Assembly: GCA_013335095.1 (NCBI GenBank)
Contig: JAAXWF010000001.1
Coordinates: 292,268 to 356,267, forward strand
Direction of reading: 5' to 3'
DNA from: a candidate division WWE3 bacterium
GTDB taxonomy: Bacteria > Patescibacteriota > 4484-211 > GCA-002791395
DNA: 64,000 nucleotides
This document shows positions 27,604-37,297 of this stretch, one piece after another. The stretch's first letter is position 1, and each line of letters begins with the position of its first letter. Both the position numbers and the translations under genes were made by a program. Below the pieces are notes generated by a model, which had not been told where the DNA came from, did not search any database, and saw nothing but the letters and a program-made list of their open reading frames with translations.

Positions 27604-28254
27604 TTATTGGACCGCGGCAAATGTTCCTCGGGGAACATCGTCCTGTAGCTGAATTGAGAGAATCAGCTGCGGCGGCTGGTTAATAGACGAAACCATCACC
27701 CCATTAATCAACCAGCTTCGTGTGATCATTCGACTATTAGCATCAAGAATGCGAAGCTCCAGCGCTTGTCCCTGCTCCAGCTTATACAGTTCGCTTTTGG
27801 CATCAAATGCTGGCGTTAAGACATCCGCTCGCTGGATCCCGACCTGGTACTTTGAGACACCCCCCCGAAGTCCACTGACCGATTTTACTAGCATCAACCA
27901 TTCAGGATTTTGTCCCTGATGGTTTTCGTACAGACGCCGAAGCGTGCCTTCCATTTGGAAGTACCTGATGGTTGCACCGCTTTGGTCGTCCCTATATACG
28001 ACTATTGGAATTTCGGTCGGAAAAGCCTGTGTTGCCGATGTCGGTTCCAAGGCCTGGGCATTGCCGAAATTAATTTCGACCTCCCGCGAAGTCGTTTGCT
28101 GATATTCATACCGAAATCCTATGTTTGCGCATAGTTGCTGGGCACCTACAATCAAGATCGCGAGTAGCGCAATTAGATATGGACCGAGCGTGACCCAATC
28201 AGTCCTGCGATACCAAGGCGTGTCATTGGGCAGTTCCCCGTCGTGTGTGTGCAT
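27604..28254 (-). CDS. Hypothetical membrane-anchored protein
   Basis: 216 aa with one N-terminal transmembrane helix (LGPYLIALLAILIVGAQQL) and no recognised domain. Confidence 0.4.
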   Translation of the reverse strand: MHTHDGELPNDTPWYRRTDWVTLGPYLIALLAILIVGAQQLCANIGFRYEYQQTTSREVEINFGNAQALEPTSATQAFPTEIPIVVYRDDQSGATIRYFQMEGTLRRLYENHQGQNPEWLMLVKSVSGLRGGVSKYQVGIQRADVLTPAFDAKSELYKLEQGQALELRILDANSRMITRSWLINGVMVSSINQPPQLILSIQLQDDVPRGTFAAVQ

Positions 28255-28793
28255 CGCACCCTCCTGTGCTCATTGTTCCCATTTACACTATCGGACCTCG
28301 TTTACCACTGTCTTGATTATATCTGTCCAATTCTACTAACTTATATTTAAATTTAAGCTTAGTTTTTTAGTTATTGTGTTTTACTGCTGAGTCGGTGTTT
28401 CTGTTTCTATCCCATCCATAGGCTAGGGTTAATAAAGTTTAGTGAATGAGAATAATTATCACTTAATTATCAAATAGTGCCAGTGAGTAAAAAGATTACC
28501 CTTAATATTGGTGCGGGTTGCGATTGAGTTAATAACGAAGATGTTGATTTAACTTTGTCATGTAGGACGTTTTAGCTTTTTTCGAGTACTATTATTTATC
28601 TATGTGTCTATTTTTGTTCTTCAAAAAGCAACCTAGTGAATGTTGTGCTACGTTTTTCAAAATGAGAATTGTACTATGAGTAATATTATGGGCGGCAGAT
28701 CTGTATGCAGAAAAAGTCGTTGAACTATTGGATATGAGAAAGGCCGGGCCCCCTTTCTCGGGAACCCGGCCGTGCTTGTGCAGAAAATTACCT

Positions 28794-29351
28794 TTACGGA
28801 TAGTAGGCCATGTAAACTACGAGTTTGCCGGAGTCACCCGCGCTAAAATCAGCGTAGGTGAGAATCCGGTCGAACGAATCAGGCGGGGTAGTCGTGATGG
28901 CGCCTGCCATCAGATACCCCGTGAACTTGAAGCCACTCCCATTGGGGCCGCTGCCGACGCCGATGAACATGGCGTCGCCGTTGGCGATGAAGAGAGGCGT
29001 GTGGCCGTCGATCGTCTGGTCGACGATGGTTCCGTCACGGTGGATGGTGACCTTGACGTAGGTCACCTCATCGCCGATGGTCCCATTGTCTGAGAAGGTC
29101 GACTTGACCCGCAGGGCGGGGTGTCGATCAAACGCCCCGGTGTCGGTCACGTTGACCGGCAGCTCCAGCTCGCGCTGGATCTCATCGAGGAGGATGTAGC
29201 TGAGCCCGGGAGCCGCGTAGACGGTTTTGAAGTTGTACGCCGGGATCGTTCCCAGCTCGGGCTTCTTGACCTGGCCGGTGTTACCGCCACAGGCCGACAG
29301 GATCCCGAGGGCGACCAAGCTGGCCAGCGCGATCAGGATTTTGCGAAGCAT
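28794..29351 (-). CDS. Lipoprotein, hypothetical (GC-rich islet)
   Basis: Signal peptide with the lipobox LSAC (MLRKILIALASLVALGILSACGG); about 62 % GC versus a 450-bp AT-rich non-coding flank. A GAGGGAG RBS is present, and a hairpin terminator lies at about 28745-28790 on the minus strand. Confidence 0.5.
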   Translation of the reverse strand: MLRKILIALASLVALGILSACGGNTGQVKKPELGTIPAYNFKTVYAAPGLSYILLDEIQRELELPVNVTDTGAFDRHPALRVKSTFSDNGTIGDEVTYVKVTIHRDGTIVDQTIDGHTPLFIANGDAMFIGVGSGPNGSGFKFTGYLMAGAITTTPPDSFDRILTYADFSAGDSGKLVVYMAYYP

Positions 29352-29571
29352 TGGCTTCTCCCTCTAGTAACGGGGCCACCATTAGGCCCCTATCCGTAAG
29401 ACACCCACCATCCCGCGTTGGGAGGGTGCAGACAAGCGGTTACTTATTATAATCACCTGGCTGCACCTTTCCATCGAGAGTAAGTAGGTGTGCTATACAT
29501 ATGTAAAAGTACGATATATCCGCACCATAATGCGTACTTTAATAATACTATAGGTGGATTTGTGGGCAAAT

Positions 29572-31017
29572 TTATAAAATTTTGAGCTTTTGGTCAGATA
29601 GATTCATGATCTTCTCTACGGCAACATTTTTCACAAAATAGCGATCGTGTGACACCAATAATAGAGCTCCCTTATACTCTTGTAGCGCCTCTTCGATTGC
29701 CTGCTTAGTCCAGATATCAAGGTGGTTTGTTGGTTCATCAAGAATCAGAAAATCAAACTCTTTTGTCGTGAAGATCGCGATGGTCAGACGAGCCCGCTCT
29801 CCTGGACTTAATTGTCCTAATGTTCTCTTCATATGATCGTCGGTAAAGTTTAACTTCTGGAGAAAATTTAATGCCTGATAAGGTTGCAGGCTTAATTCTT
29901 TATGAATATACGCATCAACCCGAACATCGGTTGGTAAATGTTTTTGATTCTGTTGGAAATATCCCCAGCGCACATTCAATCCGATCTCGGCTTTTCCGTT
30001 GGTCGGGTGGAGATGTTTCGTGATTATATTTAACAGTGTACTTTTTCCGGCTCCGTTACGTCCAAATAGCCAGACCCGTTCCGTTCCTCTAATCTCAAAG
30101 CTAACCTCTTTAAGCACATCGTGATTTCCATATTGATGAGAAAGATGATCAACACGCAAGATTAATTTGTCTTTATGTGTTTGTCCGGTGAAATCAATTC
30201 CATCGATACCGTATCGTTCGTATTGGTTTATCTCATTGGTTGTAACCTCTCGTTCCATTCTTTTCTCGGCAGCGCGAAGTGCCTTGCCTCTCTTTTTACC
30301 GTCTTTAATCTTTTGTGCATTCTCCATTAATTGTTCGAGTTGCGAGCGTTTTCGTTCTTGGGCTTTATACATTCGGTCTCGATGTTCAATCCACGTTTCC
30401 TTTTGATTGACGTAATCAGAGTAGTTACCGACAAACATATGCAGCTTATATTCATCAATCTCATAAATATGAGTGGCGGTATGATTCATAAACGCCCGGT
30501 CATGTGAAATCATTAATACCGAACCATCAAATTCGTTAATAAACTTTTCGAACCATAATAACCCGTCAATATCGAGATGATTGGTCGGTTCGTCTAAAAG
30601 CAAGATTGTTGGTTGATTAAGAAGTATTTGGGCAAGTTTTAGTTTCATTTTTTGACCTTCACTAGAGCTGTTGATCGGATGATTTCGAGACAGCTGTTGT
30701 AATCCAAGTCGAGATAATATCTTTTCGAGTAGGTGCTGTTTGGTCTTATCGGCAATAAGTGAGTCAAAATAATCACCAACGGTCTTGTATTCGTCAAAAG
30801 AAAATTCTTGCGGAAGATAACCGATGACTTCTTTTTCGAGCATTATTTGCCCGTCATCAATCTCTTCTATCCCGATAATCATTTTCATTAACGTGCTTTT
30901 TCCGCAGCCATTTGGCCCAATCAAGGCTACGCGTTGTTTGTTGCCAATGGTAAACGAGACTTCCTTGAACAGTACGTCGCCCCGAATATATTTTGTTAGA
31001 TTTTTAATTTTTAGCAT
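29572..31017 (-). CDS. ABC-F family ATPase (tandem ABC domains, no transmembrane domain)
   Basis: Two Walker A motifs (GPNGCGKST, GRNGAGKST), two signature and Walker B motifs (LLLDEPTNHLD, LILDEPTNHLD) and a charged inter-domain linker. Confidence 0.75.
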   Translation of the reverse strand: MLKIKNLTKYIRGDVLFKEVSFTIGNKQRVALIGPNGCGKSTLMKMIIGIEEIDDGQIMLEKEVIGYLPQEFSFDEYKTVGDYFDSLIADKTKQHLLEKILSRLGLQQLSRNHPINSSSEGQKMKLKLAQILLNQPTILLLDEPTNHLDIDGLLWFEKFINEFDGSVLMISHDRAFMNHTATHIYEIDEYKLHMFVGNYSDYVNQKETWIEHRDRMYKAQERKRSQLEQLMENAQKIKDGKKRGKALRAAEKRMEREVTTNEINQYERYGIDGIDFTGQTHKDKLILRVDHLSHQYGNHDVLKEVSFEIRGTERVWLFGRNGAGKSTLLNIITKHLHPTNGKAEIGLNVRWGYFQQNQKHLPTDVRVDAYIHKELSLQPYQALNFLQKLNFTDDHMKRTLGQLSPGERARLTIAIFTTKEFDFLILDEPTNHLDIWTKQAIEEALQEYKGALLLVSHDRYFVKNVAVEKIMNLSDQKLKIL

Positions 31018-31123
31018 GCACTACTAAGAATACACGGTGATTGCCACTTTTCACTATTAGGTATGGACGTAACGACATAATTATTAGTTGCGAAGGTAAA
31101 TAGTGTTAGAATGACTTTTTACT

Positions 31124-32932
31124 ATGCCTCGTATTCATCAATTACCAGAGCAACTTGTGAATCAAATCGCCGCCGGCGAGGTGGTTGATCGTCCTTCTTC
31201 TGTGGTTAAAGAACTGGTTGAGAATTCGCTTGATGCTGGTGCTTCTCGAATCGAAATCTATATAGAAAAAGGTGGAAAAAAGTTGATTCGCATTGTTGAT
31301 AACGGAAACGGAATGGAGCGGGAAGATCTAGAAGGTTCTGTAAAACGACATTGGACCTCTAAAATAAATAATCTTGAAGATTTGCATAATATCCAATCGT
31401 TTGGATTTAGGGGTGAAGCATTGGCGAGTATTGCTTCGGTTAGTAAATTTGAAATTCGATCTCGCCAATCAAATTCCGATGAAGGATGGAGTTTAACAAT
31501 GGGTGAGAATGGTGCTCCTATCATTAAGCCAATCGGTATGCCAAGTGGAACCGAGATCATTGTTGCAGAGCTCTTTTATAACGTACCTGCTCGGCTGAAT
31601 TTCTTAAAACAAGATGCAACCGAGGGGTCTCATATCCAAGAATTAGTGTATCAATTGGCATTGATTAACCCGAATGTCATGTTTGTACTGCATAAAGATG
31701 GACGCGCGGTGTTTCGATCACCGGGCGGAAATGAGATTAGACCCTTACTCAATGCGGTTCTCGGCGAATCGTTAGCGGGTCAGATGGTTGCTATTCATAA
31801 CGAGAATCCTCATGTTGAAGTGAGTGGGTGGGTCGGCAAACCTGGAACAGGAAGTGCAAGTCGTGCCCGGCAGTATGCATTCGTTAACGGGCGCATTGTT
31901 GATAATCGGATTATTTGGAGTGCGGTTGCCGAAGGATATGGTTCGGTCTTAGGACGTCATGAAAAACCTCAGTTTGTTATTCGGATTGATATGGCACCTC
32001 ACCTCGTTGATGTGAATGTTCATCCTCAAAAGAAAGAGATAAAGTTTAGTAGCCCTCAGTTGGTTTTTCAACTTATTCGCCAGGCGATTATTAATGCGTT
32101 TTCTCAGTTACGAGAGCAATTACCTGAACCAACGATCACTCCTCAATCAACGTCAGAAGATGCTCAGGCACCCACACCCGTTCCGAAAACCTTTTTCCCA
32201 CCAGTGCCATATCCATCGTATTCAGCAAACTCAAAAGTACGAGAGGTTGCTGATCCAACCCAACCAACCTCTAAACCGATATTTTCTCCGTCAATGATTA
32301 GTGCGTCACAGTCTGTTCCCGAACAATCGTTTGAATTAACGAAGCCACTGCGTGTGTTCCAGTTATTGGATCTTTTTATTTTTGAAGAAAAAGAAGACGG
32401 TATTGTTGTATATGATCAGCATGCAGTTCATGAACGCGTGTTGTATGAAAAGTTTACTAATCAATATTTATCCGAAAAACAAAATCGACTAATTCAACCG
32501 CTGCTCGTACCCACGCTGATTGAAGTGTCGCCACTGGAACTCTCATTGTGGGAGCAAAGTCGTGACCTGTTGTTTGAGTTAGGTTTTGAAACAGAGCTGA
32601 TGGGTGAGGGGACTATTCGGATCAATTCGGTTCCATCGGTTCTTGCCGGAAATATGATCGGTGTTCTTTTAAAAGAATTCCTTCAGGATCTTTCGGATTC
32701 GGATGATGTTGGTGAATCAACCGTAAAGGGAATTGATATGCAGACACATCGACGCTTGGCATATCTGTCGTGTCGAAGCGCGATAAAAGCTGGTGATCGA
32801 TTAAAGCCCGAAGAGATTCAACGTCTTATTCGTGATTTTCATGGAACGACAATTAATTTTACGTGCCCACATGGACGTCCTGTTCGTATAGAGTTTTCCC
32901 GACGCGAGATGGAGAAGTGGTTTAAGCGATGA
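31124..32932 (+). CDS. mutL: DNA mismatch repair protein MutL
   Basis: GHKL ATPase N-terminus (QIAAGEVVDRPSSVVKELVENSLDAGASRIEIYIEKGG...IVDNGNGM); 602 aa; the C-terminal dimerisation domain contains CPHGRP. Confidence 0.85.
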   Translation: MPRIHQLPEQLVNQIAAGEVVDRPSSVVKELVENSLDAGASRIEIYIEKGGKKLIRIVDNGNGMEREDLEGSVKRHWTSKINNLEDLHNIQSFGFRGEALASIASVSKFEIRSRQSNSDEGWSLTMGENGAPIIKPIGMPSGTEIIVAELFYNVPARLNFLKQDATEGSHIQELVYQLALINPNVMFVLHKDGRAVFRSPGGNEIRPLLNAVLGESLAGQMVAIHNENPHVEVSGWVGKPGTGSASRARQYAFVNGRIVDNRIIWSAVAEGYGSVLGRHEKPQFVIRIDMAPHLVDVNVHPQKKEIKFSSPQLVFQLIRQAIINAFSQLREQLPEPTITPQSTSEDAQAPTPVPKTFFPPVPYPSYSANSKVREVADPTQPTSKPIFSPSMISASQSVPEQSFELTKPLRVFQLLDLFIFEEKEDGIVVYDQHAVHERVLYEKFTNQYLSEKQNRLIQPLLVPTLIEVSPLELSLWEQSRDLLFELGFETELMGEGTIRINSVPSVLAGNMIGVLLKEFLQDLSDSDDVGESTVKGIDMQTHRRLAYLSCRSAIKAGDRLKPEEIQRLIRDFHGTTINFTCPHGRPVRIEFSRREMEKWFKR

Positions 32933-33176
32933 CTTATAGTGATTGATGTCTTTGGTGTTTTTTGTTAACATAGTGTATCTATATTGAGTAATTTCCGTCA
33001 CGTGATTCCGAATTAGTTTGACGTTGAGTTGTTAACGATGAGGCTTAACAATTGAGCGTCCCGCTAATCTGGTATTGGGCCAGACAGGGAATCCTGTGAA
33101 TTTTACAGGATCGGAGCCAGGTATCGTGCTTGGTTTTTAATGAACCCTTTTGGGTTACAACGTTAGGAGGAGTCTA

Positions 33177-33653
33177 ATGGACGCCATGCATGAGGTTGGG
33201 GCGTGGAAGTTAGAGGTATTCCACGTAGCGACGGTAGATGGTCAATGTGTAAAGGTTCCTGGTCCGGATTGGGCGGGGCGCATCTGCTTCCCAGATCCGG
33301 TTGGGCAGATTCGCAATGCTGCATTCGGGATGGATGTTCCTGAATGGGCTGGAAGTAGTGTGCCGCTGATCTTCGTTACGGAGGTTATTTGGCGGGCAGC
33401 TCATGTTTTCACCATCGAAGAGATGTTTGCGATTCTTCGGGAGGGGGAATACAAAGAGTTGATTGAGTATCTTTGCCGGGCTTATCGGCCCGAGGGAAGC
33501 GCCTTTACGTTGGAGGACATTCAAAGGCATGGGTTATGGGCCTATGTCGCGGGTGGGCAATACGGGTATAGTCCCGAATTTGCTCGCGTCGGGTGTATAT
33601 TAGGCAAGTTCGTAACATGTTGGGACCTCTTTCGGTTCCGCTATACACAGTAG
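33177..33653 (+). CDS. Hypothetical protein (GC-rich ORF)
   Basis: AGGAGG RBS 7 nt upstream of ATG at 33177. About 57 % GC with no recognised domain. Confidence 0.45.
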   Translation: MDAMHEVGAWKLEVFHVATVDGQCVKVPGPDWAGRICFPDPVGQIRNAAFGMDVPEWAGSSVPLIFVTEVIWRAAHVFTIEEMFAILREGEYKELIEYLCRAYRPEGSAFTLEDIQRHGLWAYVAGGQYGYSPEFARVGCILGKFVTCWDLFRFRYTQ

Positions 33654-33654
33654 G

Positions 33655-33876
33655 CTTCACTCAGCCGTAAATGAGTGAGTACTCTGCACATGCCAGCCTT
33701 TTAGAGCGCCGCTGGGCGTAAATGGCTTTCCGGCTAGTAACCGGAACCGTGAAATAGGCCTAAGAAGCCTTCACGGGCGTAAATCCGCAGCTGCGAATGC
33801 AGGTGCGGAGTACTTTTTGTACGAATCGATTATTTACAGAAGGAGGGTGCGGTGAACGCATCTAACCAAACATGAA
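33655..33876 (+). ncRNA. Candidate structured RNA / 3-prime UTR element with three GCGTAAAT-containing stem-loops
   Basis: Hairpins TCACTCA-gccgtaaa-TGAGTGA, TTCCGG-ctagtaa-CCGGAA and CCGCAGCTGC-gaat-GCAGGTGCGG; the motif (G)CGTAAAT occurs three times (about 33668, 33715 and 33780). It ends at an intrinsic terminator. Confidence 0.35.
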
Positions 33877-33910
33877 GCGGGATGACTTTGTATGTCGCCC
33901 GCTTTTTTTT
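33877..33910 (+). terminator. Rho-independent terminator
   Basis: GCGGG-atgactttgtatgtc-GCCCGC followed by TTTTTTTT. Confidence 0.7.
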
Positions 33911-33940
33911 ATTATTTACCGATCTGTATAATATAAAAAG

Positions 33941-34999
33941 ATGGACAGTGCTTCTTCGATTTATAAAATAATTCAGCAGTATGATAACTTTGTATTACCT
34001 TTGCATGTAAGCCCAGATGGAGACTCTGTTGCTTCAACTTTGGCAATGCGTGAAGCTTTACTATCTTTGGGAAAACGGGTCCGAGTTACGTGCGACGACA
34101 AATTGGGTATCGAGGCTGATATCGATTTTATCTTGTCGCCAGATTCAATAATTCAAAAAGAAACTCCATTACCTCTAGATATCCCGTCTGTGTATATATT
34201 TATGGACGGGAGCGAATTATACCGGTTTACTCAAACATCTATTGATTTAAATCACCCCCATATCCAGCGAGTCATAAATATAGATCACCATCCAAAAGGA
34301 GATATTGCTGATTTTATCGATAAAAGCGGAAAGGGCGCATGGGTAAATCAGGATGGGTTAACCGCAAATACGCAGGTATTGCTAAATCTGTTTAAATCCT
34401 GGGACATTACGATTACTGATCGTATCGCTAAATTATTAATGTATGGAATTTATTCTGATACCGAAGGATTACAAAATTCTGACCTTCAAACTCAAACTTT
34501 TACCGATTTAGCAACATTAACTGAGCTTGGAGCGGATTGGCATGAGTTTGTGGTTAACGTTACGTGGAACGTTAGCCTAGATACGATGATGTTATTAAAG
34601 GAATATCTATCAAGACTTAATCTGGACGAAGAGTACGGGTTTGCGTGGGTCGTATTACCGTATTGGATTCTCGCGCAATATGATGAATCCAATATTGATT
34701 TTGACTACATTAAACATCGATGTTTACGAGTCATAAAAGGAATCCGTTTTGCCGCTGATATCAAAGAAAAAGAAGATGGGCGAATCACTGTTTCTTTGCG
34801 TGCCCGAACACCCGATATCGATCTCGGAGAATTGGCTAAAAAAATAAGCGCAAAAGGTGGGGGGCATCCAGGAGCTGCTGGTGCAATTATTGAAGGTATG
34901 ACATTGGTCGAAGCCGAAGATCATATTGTGGATGCTTCACGCGAATATTTATCTCGAAAAGGCTTTGTAAAAAATCCACAACCCAAATATTTGGTATAA
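33941..34999 (+). CDS. DHH/DHHA1 phosphoesterase (NrnA-like oligoribonuclease/pAp phosphatase)
   Basis: DHH motifs HVSPDGDSVAS and INIDHHP, and the DHHA1 motif GGGHPGAAGA; 352 aa. Confidence 0.7.
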   Translation: MDSASSIYKIIQQYDNFVLPLHVSPDGDSVASTLAMREALLSLGKRVRVTCDDKLGIEADIDFILSPDSIIQKETPLPLDIPSVYIFMDGSELYRFTQTSIDLNHPHIQRVINIDHHPKGDIADFIDKSGKGAWVNQDGLTANTQVLLNLFKSWDITITDRIAKLLMYGIYSDTEGLQNSDLQTQTFTDLATLTELGADWHEFVVNVTWNVSLDTMMLLKEYLSRLNLDEEYGFAWVVLPYWILAQYDESNIDFDYIKHRCLRVIKGIRFAADIKEKEDGRITVSLRARTPDIDLGELAKKISAKGGGHPGAAGAIIEGMTLVEAEDHIVDASREYLSRKGFVKNPQPKYLV

Positions 35000-35054
35000 T
35001 AACGCCGTATCCCCGATTTATAGGATAGTTGTGGGCCTGATAAGGAGGCATCCC

Positions 35055-35465
35055 ATGTCGGATCCAATGCAGAAGCTGGAGCCTTTGGCTCGAGTTAACT
35101 GGTCGGAAGTCCCTGTCGAAGTGGTCGCTGCCTGTGTCAACATGGCGATAACCCGTATCCGGGGGCTCCACCCGGGTTTTAACGAGGGATTCAACGCGAT
35201 CTCTATTCCAGAAGATCCAAAAGATCTTGCGGGGTGGGAAACTGCTGTAGAGCAGCTGACCACCTGGGCAGAATCGCTTAGTCCAGGTCTGGACTTTGCT
35301 GACGCAGTGGGGCTTGTTCTACTAGCCTGCATGGACGTCGCTGCTCAGCGTGGCGGTGTAGCGATGTTTATAAATCTGACCATCGCAGTCGGATCCTGCA
35401 ATGAGGAACAGGCTGGGGTGTTCGCTTCGGCGTGCGTCTCCAAGCTTTTTCTGTACTTGCGGTAG
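35055..35465 (+). CDS. Hypothetical protein (GC-rich ORF)
   Basis: AAGGAGG RBS upstream of ATG at 35055. About 58 % GC. Followed by the terminator GGGAGGGTTT-attaaa-AACCCTCC-TTTTT at 35500-35529. Confidence 0.45.
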   Translation: MSDPMQKLEPLARVNWSEVPVEVVAACVNMAITRIRGLHPGFNEGFNAISIPEDPKDLAGWETAVEQLTTWAESLSPGLDFADAVGLVLLACMDVAAQRGGVAMFINLTIAVGSCNEEQAGVFASACVSKLFLYLR

Positions 35466-35563
35466 CCATTTCGAGTAAGTCGTTCATAATTTAAATTAGC
35501 GGGAGGGTTTATTAAAACCCTCCTTTTTATAAATCATTCTAATGTGACGATGGCACTTTTTCG

Positions 35564-36085
35564 TCACGTGTGTTTGTCGGCGACGCTCGCCGCGCCAAAT
35601 GCTTCTGGTTTAGTCTTAACAATAAACCCACTTCCACGAACCATTCCTACGACTTCATTTATTACTTCACGAGTTTTGCCGGTATGACTTACATCAACGT
35701 GAATCTCTAAATTAAATTTGATAATACCTTCAATTTTGAATTGTTCCATAAAATCATTTGCCAAATCCATTGAGAGTACCGCTTCATGATACATGCGGTC
35801 TCTTAAAACATATTTGCGATGTTCTTCCCGATTTCTTTTCCAGAAGTAAATGCCGCCTTCGCCCCGGCGATGTACGATTATGGCAGAAACAAAATCAACT
35901 CGATCCGAATACACCTGGGAATCACTTCCCAACACCACATCATAAATTGCTGAAGGACGATTGTGCATGAATGTACCTATATGGAAAATAACCTCTTTAA
36001 AGGTGAGATCGCCGTATGTCGGAGAATGAAATAACCGTTGGTCGGCGATATTTTGTTCGACTAATAAGTCAATATCACGACGCAT
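35564..36085 (-). CDS. YkuK/DUF458-like RNase H-fold protein (tentative)
   Basis: 173 aa; its size and conserved acidic/His positions resemble the YkuK family. Low confidence without a search. Confidence 0.3.
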   Translation of the reverse strand: MRRDIDLLVEQNIADQRLFHSPTYGDLTFKEVIFHIGTFMHNRPSAIYDVVLGSDSQVYSDRVDFVSAIIVHRRGEGGIYFWKRNREEHRKYVLRDRMYHEAVLSMDLANDFMEQFKIEGIIKFNLEIHVDVSHTGKTREVINEVVGMVRGSGFIVKTKPEAFGAASVADKHT

Positions 36086-36170
36086 GCTTTAATTATCTCA
36101 AATCTGTAAACTAATGAAAAAGGCCGGAGAGAAAAATCCCTCCGGCTGGCTAACTAGACTGACTTTGGGG

Positions 36171-36443
36171 TTACTGTTGAGCCACTTCAGAAGCGTGGAA
36201 CACCTTCGCCCTCTGGAGATGGTAAAAGATCCCCTGTGTCCGTTCTTCGACCATGACGGGCGTGGTTGCGACGATCGTCCATCCTTGGGATAGAAGGTCG
36301 TTGACTCCTCCGGGCTGGGATAGTTTACAATTATCGACGAACCAGGTCCAATCGCTTGCTGGGTTTTGGCTGTCGACGCGCCTTCTGATTACCGGACAAA
36401 AGATCGACGTATGCTCGAATCCATTTACGAGATGGGCTGCCAT
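36171..36443 (-). CDS. Small hypothetical protein (GC-rich ORF)
   Basis: 90 aa; AAGGAGG RBS upstream. A bidirectional hairpin terminator GCCGGAG-agaaaaatcc-CTCCGGC lies at 36121-36150. Confidence 0.4.
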   Translation of the reverse strand: MAAHLVNGFEHTSIFCPVIRRRVDSQNPASDWTWFVDNCKLSQPGGVNDLLSQGWTIVATTPVMVEERTQGIFYHLQRAKVFHASEVAQQ

Positions 36444-36520
36444 TGGCGCCTCCTTATTGAGCGTGTCCGCTCATTGACCTTATGGTATGTATAGTATTAT
36501 AGGGTATTTAAGCAATCGTT

Positions 36521-37174
36521 TTATTGGCTTAAGATATTTTTTATAAAACTCTGTCGGTGGAAGGGGGACGGACCATACAGTTTAATCATTGTACGATGAT
36601 ATTCAGACGCGTACCCAACGTTTTCATACCATCGATATATATTTAAAGGAAACTTGCTTCCGATCCGTTTCATATATTCATCGCGCCACACTTTGGCAAC
36701 AATACTTGCTGCGGCAATCGAAAAACATGCATCATCACCTTGCATAATTTCTTGGTGATGGAGGTGGGCAAGTCCCTTTTGCAATAACCCTCGGTCAGTC
36801 AGCAGGATTATGTCGTCTTGAATACTTTTGTGAATCGCATTGAGGGTTGCGATCTTTAATGAAGCGGTAATTCCGACTAAATCTACCACCTGAGCGGGGA
36901 CGGCTCCGATACCCCAAAATCGCGCATGTTTTTTGATCAATGGCATTACTTTTACCCTTCTATCATGGGAAAGCTTTTTTGAATCACGGACATCAGCCAG
37001 TTCATCAAATATTTCGCTGTTATCAATATTCGGATTAAACATAACCGCTCCTACTACAAGAGGTCCTGCTAACGCGCCTCGACCGACTTCATCTAAACCT
37101 ATTGGTAATATATTTTTACTCCAATATGGTTTCTCAAAATCACAGGTAAGAGGGGAGCTTTTTAACATGGTCAA
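36521..37174 (-). CDS. rnhB: Ribonuclease HII
   Basis: The GLDEVGRGALAGPLVVGAV motif (DEVGRG) and the remaining RNase HII core; 217 aa. Confidence 0.8.
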   Translation of the reverse strand: MTMLKSSPLTCDFEKPYWSKNILPIGLDEVGRGALAGPLVVGAVMFNPNIDNSEIFDELADVRDSKKLSHDRRVKVMPLIKKHARFWGIGAVPAQVVDLVGITASLKIATLNAIHKSIQDDIILLTDRGLLQKGLAHLHHQEIMQGDDACFSIAAASIVAKVWRDEYMKRIGSKFPLNIYRWYENVGYASEYHRTMIKLYGPSPFHRQSFIKNILSQ

Positions 37175-37297
37175 TAGATAGTAGTCATTCTAATCTATTT
37201 TAATGATTTGTTGAGGTGGAAACGATTTGATACTATACGGGAGCTGTTAATAGGTTCTTCACCATCGGGTGAAGACTATTTGAGTGGAGGTGGCCGT

